From an uncultured delta proteobacterium (GTDB lineage: Bacteria > Myxococcota_A > Polyangia > Polyangiales > Polyangiaceae), in assembly GCA_963841435.1 (NCBI GenBank), contig CAWJCS010000003.1:576001-640000 (forward strand): a DNA stretch of 64,000 bases, in the 5' to 3' direction. The position numbers and the translations under genes are program-made. The notes beneath the pieces are model-generated. The model was not told the DNA's origin. It worked only from the letters and a program-made list of their open reading frames with translations, and searched no databases. This document shows, piece by piece, positions 58,570-64,000 of this stretch. Every line of letters begins with the position of its first letter. The stretch's first letter is position 1.

Positions 58570-61398
58570 CTATTTCGGCGGCTCGACCGGAACCGAGCGG
58601 CAAGTCTCCGTGCAGGTGCTGTTCGTCGCCGTGCAACCGCTGTCGCCACTCACCATGTTGGACGTCGTCGCGCCACCGAGCCCCGGGTCGCACTGTTCGG
58701 GAGGTTGGACCACACCGTCGCCGCAATGGGGGCCCAGCTCGCAACGCGTGGTGCAGCCCCCATACACGCCGTCGGCATTTTCGGGACCGAGATCGCATGC
58801 CTCGCCCGCTTCGGCCTGGACGACCCCGTCCCCACAGCGGGGCCCGAAGTGGCAGTCGGTCGAGCAGCCCCCATAGGAGTTGTCATTGATGCCGTTGTCG
58901 CATTCCTCGGGGGCCTGCGTGACGCCGTCGCCACAGAACGCCGGCACGCCGCAGCCCGTGGTGCAGGCGCCCGGCATGCCGTTGTTCGGTCCGTCGTCGC
59001 ACTGCTCGCCGAACTCCTCCTGAGTCACGCCGTCGCCGCAGCGCTCGGCCGGCACGCAGCCCATGCCGCACTGGTTGTAACCGCCGATGTTGACACCGTC
59101 GTCGCACTCCTCGCCGCACTCGCTCTCGACGATCCCGTCGCCACAGCGCGGGCCGAAGGTGCAGTTCGTGCGGCAAGCGCCGCAGGCATCGTCGCTGTTG
59201 GCGGCTCCGTCGTCACACTCTTCGAACACGGTCACGACCCCGTCGCCGCAAGTGGGCGCGCAGTCGCTCGGCTGAAGGCTGAAGCCGCTCAGCGTGAGCT
59301 TGAACGTCGACCCCTCGGGCTGACGCTCGGCGTGGAAAATGCCGATCTGGTACACGCCGCCATCCGTCAGGCCGTAGGTCGCCGCGGTGGCGGAGCCGAT
59401 GGTGACCGACCCGTCGAGCGGGACGTGCCAGCCGCCGAGGTCGACGGCAAGCTTGCCGTTGACGAACACCCACACGTCGTCGTCGCCCGTGAAGTCGAGG
59501 CGCATGGTCGTAGCGGCGTCGTAGCGGAACCACCAGCGCACCTCGGTCGTGAAATGGAAGTTGTGCGTGGCCGAGGGGAACGGCGCCGTTGCGGTCTGCA
59601 GCGCGGCCGCGATACCGAGGCGCTGGGCCACGTCGAGCTCCCACGGCCAGCCGTTCCATCCATACTGGTCGGGCACCTTCGCCGCGAGGCGCGTGTCCGT
59701 GAGGATGCCGGCGGTCGGTGGGTCAACCGGGAAGAACAGCGGATTGCCGTCGTAGGGGACCGCGGCCGCGAAGCATGCCTGAGTGCTCGCGCCCCAGGGG
59801 AAGCAGTCGTCGAGGCACACGATCGACGAGCCGGGCGGCGCGGCCACGCCGTTGAGCGTCGTCGGGATGGTGGCGCAGTTGGCTGCCGTGCAGTCGGTGT
59901 CGGAGCACTGCTGCGGATTCGGGTAGGTGACCCCGCCCACCGTGCCCTGCGGGTAGCCGTACCAGGGCTCGCCGTTCAATCCCCAGCGGTTGACGAACGA
60001 TCCGTTCGCCGTCTGCCAGAGACGGATCGTTCCCGGAATCGCGTTGCTCGCCTTGCTGCCGGTACCGCCGGGCTCGTTCGCGCTCCGGTACCACTGCTTG
60101 AAGTTGTCCTGCCCGTGCATGAAGCCGTTGCTCTCGCTCGCCGTCGCCGAGAGCACCGGCTTGCGGTCCGCGTCCCAGTTGGGCTGGACGAGGCCCGTGA
60201 ACACGCCGGGACTGTTGTAACCGGGATGAAAGTCGGGATGTCCGTTCGTGGAGGTGCGCGCGTTGAAGTCGCGGAAGACGGCGGGCACGCCGATGGCACA
60301 TTGCCCGTTGACCATCAGGCAGGCCGGTGTTTGGCAGGTGAAGCCGGCCTCGTTCTGGCAGGTAGCGGAGCAACCGTCTCCGCCCAACGTGTTGCCGTCG
60401 TCGCACTGCTCGGTGCCCTCGACGATGCCGTTGCCGCACTTGGCCGTGCAGGCGCCCGTGGTCGGACAGGCCGGCTCGCAGCGGCAATCGGGCGCGCAAC
60501 CGTCGAGCGAAAGCTGATTGCCGTCGTCGCAGCATTCCGAGCCCTCGACCTTGCCGTCGCCGCACACCGTGCCACGACAGGGCTGACCCGGCATCGTGCA
60601 CAAGAAGCCGGGTTCCTCGCGACACGTGCTCGAGCAGCCGTCCATCGAGTTGGCGTTGCCGTCGTCGCATTCCTCGGCGCCCTCGAGCGTACCGTTGCCG
60701 CAGATCGGCACGAGCTGACAGGGCATGCCGGGCTGCGTGCAGCGCCAGCCCGGCTCGACGCGGCAGAGCGCGCTGCAGCCGTCGCCGTCGACCGTTCCGC
60801 CGTCGTCGCAGGTCTCGCCCGGCTGCACGCGTGAATCCCCGCAAACGCCGTCGGAATGCTGGCACGGCTCGCCCGGCGTCGGGCAATACCAGCCCGGCTC
60901 GACGAGCATGCAGTCGCCGGAGCACCCGTCGCTGTCGGCGTTGTTCGCGTCGTCGCAAGCTTCGCCCGGAGAACGCTGACCGTCACCGCAACGCAACGTC
61001 GAGCTGCACGCTCCGCCCGCGGGCGGACAGCTGAAGTTCGGCTCCATCACGCAGACGCCCGTGCAGCCGTCGCCCGGCAACGGGTTGCCGTCGTCGCAAG
61101 CCTCACTCGCCTGATTGACCATGCCGTCGCCGCAGTAGGGCCCCGTTTCCGGCACGCACTCGGTCATGCCCGAGCTGCCGCCGACGGCGATACCGCCAGC
61201 GGCCCCGCCCGTGCCGGGCCCAGCGCCACCGGTGCCCGGCCCGGCCGCGATGCTACCGCCCGCGCCGAGACTGCCACCGGCGTTGCCGGTGCCCCCGTCG
61301 CTGACATCGGCGCCCTTGCCGGCGACGCCTCCGCACCCCGTGCTCGCCCACACGAGCCATGCCCCTCCAAAGAAGAAGATCGAGCGCCACCAAGCCAT
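58570..61398 (-). CDS. DUF4215 Cys-rich repeat + fibro-slime domain lipoprotein
   Basis: Lipobox ASTGC; many CGDG/CDDGN repeats; HNFHFTTEV, FTGDDDVWVFVNGKLAVDLGGWH and FHAER. Confidence 0.9.
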   Translation of the reverse strand: MAWWRSIFFFGGAWLVWASTGCGGVAGKGADVSDGGTGNAGGSLGAGGSIAAGPGTGGAGPGTGGAAGGIAVGGSSGMTECVPETGPYCGDGMVNQASEACDDGNPLPGDGCTGVCVMEPNFSCPPAGGACSSTLRCGDGQRSPGEACDDANNADSDGCSGDCMLVEPGWYCPTPGEPCQHSDGVCGDSRVQPGETCDDGGTVDGDGCSALCRVEPGWRCTQPGMPCQLVPICGNGTLEGAEECDDGNANSMDGCSSTCREEPGFLCTMPGQPCRGTVCGDGKVEGSECCDDGNQLSLDGCAPDCRCEPACPTTGACTAKCGNGIVEGTEQCDDGNTLGGDGCSATCQNEAGFTCQTPACLMVNGQCAIGVPAVFRDFNARTSTNGHPDFHPGYNSPGVFTGLVQPNWDADRKPVLSATASESNGFMHGQDNFKQWYRSANEPGGTGSKASNAIPGTIRLWQTANGSFVNRWGLNGEPWYGYPQGTVGGVTYPNPQQCSDTDCTAANCATIPTTLNGVAAPPGSSIVCLDDCFPWGASTQACFAAAVPYDGNPLFFPVDPPTAGILTDTRLAAKVPDQYGWNGWPWELDVAQRLGIAAALQTATAPFPSATHNFHFTTEVRWWFRYDAATTMRLDFTGDDDVWVFVNGKLAVDLGGWHVPLDGSVTIGSATAATYGLTDGGVYQIGIFHAERQPEGSTFKLTLSGFSLQPSDCAPTCGDGVVTVFEECDDGAANSDDACGACRTNCTFGPRCGDGIVESECGEECDDGVNIGGYNQCGMGCVPAERCGDGVTQEEFGEQCDDGPNNGMPGACTTGCGVPAFCGDGVTQAPEECDNGINDNSYGGCSTDCHFGPRCGDGVVQAEAGEACDLGPENADGVYGGCTTRCELGPHCGDGVVQPPEQCDPGLGGATTSNMVSGDSGCTATNSTCTETCRSVPVEPPK

Positions 61399-61602
61399 GC
61401 CGAGGGTACCTCCGCGGTTGACTGAAACCGGTTTCTCATGGTGGGCTCGAAGGCGCGAATCGGCCCGATAAAACAGCTCATCGAGCTGCTTTTTGGGGGG
61501 CCCGACGCGCTCGGCGTGTGGTGCCTTGTCGGTCGATGTACGCGGGACGCGCCGAATCGACTCGCGGCGCTGTGAATTTGCACGCTCAAGAGAGAGCGAG
61601 CG

Positions 61603-62634
61603 TCATGCGCTCTCGACGGGGTATCCCGCTTGCTTCCAGGCGGCGAGACCTCCATCGAGCGCGAGCGCGCGCTGATACCCCATGGTGCGGAGCGTGTAGG
61701 CCGCGAGCGTCGAGATCCTACCGAGCTCGCAGTACGTCACGATCCGCAGCGTGGGATCGGGCAGCTCGCGGTCGGCGCGAAGCTCCAGCTCACCGCGCGG
61801 CAGGTTCCGCGCTCCGGGAACGTGCCCCGCACGAAAAGCTCCCGGCTCGCGCACGTCGAGGATCACGAGATCGTCGACTCCGCTCCCGACGCGGCGAGCG
61901 AGCTCGCGCATCGACATGAAGGCAATCTGCCGCGCCGCCTCGGCGATCAGCTGGTTGACGGTCTTGCCGCCGGTGCGGTTCGTGCGAAGCGCCTCGGTGA
62001 GGTGCTTGGGCATGCCGAGGTCCAGCCCACGCATGAGCTCCACGAAGGCGGCGCGCTCGCGCTGCTTCAGTCGGGGGTTTTGGGCTTTTTCGTCGCCGAG
62101 CGTCGACCCGCTCACGCCCTTGTAATCGTGCGCCGGAAAGACCGAGAGGGCATCGGGGAGCGTCAACAGCTTGCCGAACAGGCTCTCGTACAGGGCTTCG
62201 GGGTCACCCGTCGGCAGATCGGTGCGCCCCGTGCCGCCGACGAGCAGCGTGTCCCCCGTGAGCACGCGATCACCGACGACGAGACACACGGAATCCTCCG
62301 TGTGTCCCGGGGTGCCGAGCACCTCGAAGCGCAGCTCGCCGACGGCGAGCGTATCGCCGTCCTCCACTCTGAGGTTGACGTACGGCGCGGCGCTCGACCG
62401 ATGCATGACCACGGGGACGCCGAGCTGGCGCTTGAGCTCGAACGCGCCGCTGAAGTGATCGGCATGCGTGTGCGTGTCGATGAGGTATCGCAAGCGGAGA
62501 CCGCGTTCGCTCGCGAGCGTCAGATACCGATCGGCCTCGGCGAGCTCGGGGTTGACCACGACGGCGCTGCGCGTCACGTCGCACCCGATGAGATACGAAA
62601 GACAGCCCCCGTGGCGTACCTGCTCGAAAATCAT
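61603..62634 (-). CDS. MBL-fold persulfide dioxygenase-like hydrolase fused to rhodanese
   Basis: THTHADHFSG, TPGHT, TGDTL, GRTD and PAHDY; C-terminal LDVREP..GHVPGA, YCELG and LDGG..AW. Confidence 0.88.
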   Translation of the reverse strand: MIFEQVRHGGCLSYLIGCDVTRSAVVVNPELAEADRYLTLASERGLRLRYLIDTHTHADHFSGAFELKRQLGVPVVMHRSSAAPYVNLRVEDGDTLAVGELRFEVLGTPGHTEDSVCLVVGDRVLTGDTLLVGGTGRTDLPTGDPEALYESLFGKLLTLPDALSVFPAHDYKGVSGSTLGDEKAQNPRLKQRERAAFVELMRGLDLGMPKHLTEALRTNRTGGKTVNQLIAEAARQIAFMSMRELARRVGSGVDDLVILDVREPGAFRAGHVPGARNLPRGELELRADRELPDPTLRIVTYCELGRISTLAAYTLRTMGYQRALALDGGLAAWKQAGYPVESA

Positions 62635-62713
62635 GTCGGCATCCTAGTGTCTGCGTTGCCAAGCGACAGCGTCGCGACGCGTCGTCGAGCTGGCCCGGTC
62701 GTTTCTTGGTCGC

Positions 62714-64000
62714 TCACTTGCGCCCGCTCGCTCGCGCGAGCGAAACCACGTGGCCGAGAACGGGCTCGAGCTCATTCCCGCTGCCGCGCTCGCGAGCGAG
62801 CGCATGAAGCCCCCGGCGAAACCACACGTCGATGCCGGTTTCGGCCACGAGCCTGACGGCGACGACATAGCGGTCGCTGGACACTTCGAGCGCTTGCACG
62901 AGCCCGAGATCCGCAATCGCCAGCGCGCCCTCGAGCGCCTCGATGGGCCGCAACCGCTCGGGCAAGCTCGCCGTCGCGGCGGCGAGCACGTTGGCGACGA
63001 ACGCGATTTCCTCGAGACGTTCGGCGTGCCCCGCACGGTCGGCGAGCGCGAGCTCCGTGAGCGCGGCGTCGAGGAGCCGCGAAGGAGCCGGCACGACCGC
63101 CGCCGACGCTTGCAAAGCGGGAGGCAACGCGGGCCGCGGGGCCGCCTGCGTCCGCTCGATGACGCGCGCCCGCTCGAGCACGGCGAGTAGGGCTCCCGGG
63201 TCCGCTCGCTCGTCCGGCTTCGCCGCCACGCGACGGGCCGGACCGGGCGGCGGATTTCGTTCGAGCTCGCGAAAATACGCGCGCGTGATCGGATCTCGCT
63301 CGGCGGCCTCGTCACGGAGCGCGAGCTTCAAGAACGCACGCGCGTCGGCGGGCGACACGAACCCGAGCTTGGCGCGCCGGTCGTCGCGATCCGCCCGCGC
63401 GTCGCTCTCGAGCATTTCGTCCGAGGTGAGCGCGGCGCAAAGCCCCCCGTTGTCCTCGATGAAACTCGAGCTCGCGGCGGCGACGCGCTCGAGGATGCGC
63501 CGCAATAGCCCGTGATGCTCGCGATCGAGGGCGAGGAGCGCGTGGATCACGTCGTCCCACGCCGTGGCGTCGCGCGCGATGATGCGAAACTCCTCCCACT
63601 CCTCGTAGAGCGAGCTCTCGAGCGCCTTCTCGACGTTGTCGACCTCGTCGCCGCCCTCGGAAAGCTCGATGCCCAGCTGGTCGATGTCCACGACCAGCAC
63701 GAGCCTCGCCACGGCGAGCGCGAGGAAGTCGATCGGCAGCGCCAGGAGGCGCTCGACGAGGCGGGTGTCGCCGGCCTCGCCGAACGCGTGCAGCCACAGC
63801 GCAAAACGAGCTCCGTCGAAACGCTCCTCGGCGTCGTCGTCCGTACCGCGCCACAGGTCTTCGTCGAAGATGGCCGCGAGCTGCTCGGTGCTGGCAAGGG
63901 CAACGAGCTCACCCGCGTCCTCCAGGCCGACGGACTCGACGACGCGTCCGAGAATCGGCGGAGAGAGCTCGCGGACGGCAGCGACGAGCCCCGGGTCTTC
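62714..64000 (-). CDS. DUF6178-like hypothetical protein, 5'-truncated by the window end
   Basis: Frame stays open to 64000: VGLEDAGELVALASTEQL..IFDEDLW...FALWL and RRAKLGFVSPADARAFL. Confidence 0.65.
   Translation of the reverse strand, partial: EDPGLVAAVRELSPPILGRVVESVGLEDAGELVALASTEQLAAIFDEDLWRGTDDDAEERFDGARFALWLHAFGEAGDTRLVERLLALPIDFLALAVARLVLVVDIDQLGIELSEGGDEVDNVEKALESSLYEEWEEFRIIARDATAWDDVIHALLALDREHHGLLRRILERVAAASSSFIEDNGGLCAALTSDEMLESDARADRDDRRAKLGFVSPADARAFLKLALRDEAAERDPITRAYFRELERNPPPGPARRVAAKPDERADPGALLAVLERARVIERTQAAPRPALPPALQASAAVVPAPSRLLDAALTELALADRAGHAERLEEIAFVANVLAAATASLPERLRPIEALEGALAIADLGLVQALEVSSDRYVVAVRLVAETGIDVWFRRGLHALARERGSGNELEPVLGHVVSLARASGRK

Overview
This is a high-GC (about 70%) bacterial window. 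Its gene content (many Ser/Thr kinases, Cys-rich repeat and fibro-slime proteins, ECF/FecR modules, a DUF1592/DUF1552 pair, TIGR02147) points to Myxococcota, probably Polyangiales; that assignment is inference. I can support about 46 CDSs and no rRNA, tRNA, CRISPR array or mobile element. Seven apparent single-base duplications break or alter six genes and look like long-read consensus errors. The main highlight is an MNIO (DUF692) RiPP cluster at 33178-35691: DoxX, a 77-aa precursor with a duplicated Cys-rich core, DUF692 and DUF2063. It lies back-to-back with an operon encoding a membrane-fused NDH-2, two ECF sigma factors and an NrsF-like anti-sigma. The same ECF-type promoter motif, G(T/A)AACC-N15-CGTA, occurs on both strands of that intergenic region and on both strands of a second divergent region that drives a glucose-dehydrogenase/GMC/GH63/debranching cluster, which suggests one local stress regulon. 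Other notable items: two kinases ending in LDLM(S/T)PY that flank a TPR-PEGA protein and a Cys-rich lipoprotein, a pectin ECF-FecR locus, and an orphan mtEFG1-like EF-G. All family assignments come from motif recognition by eye, not from database searches.
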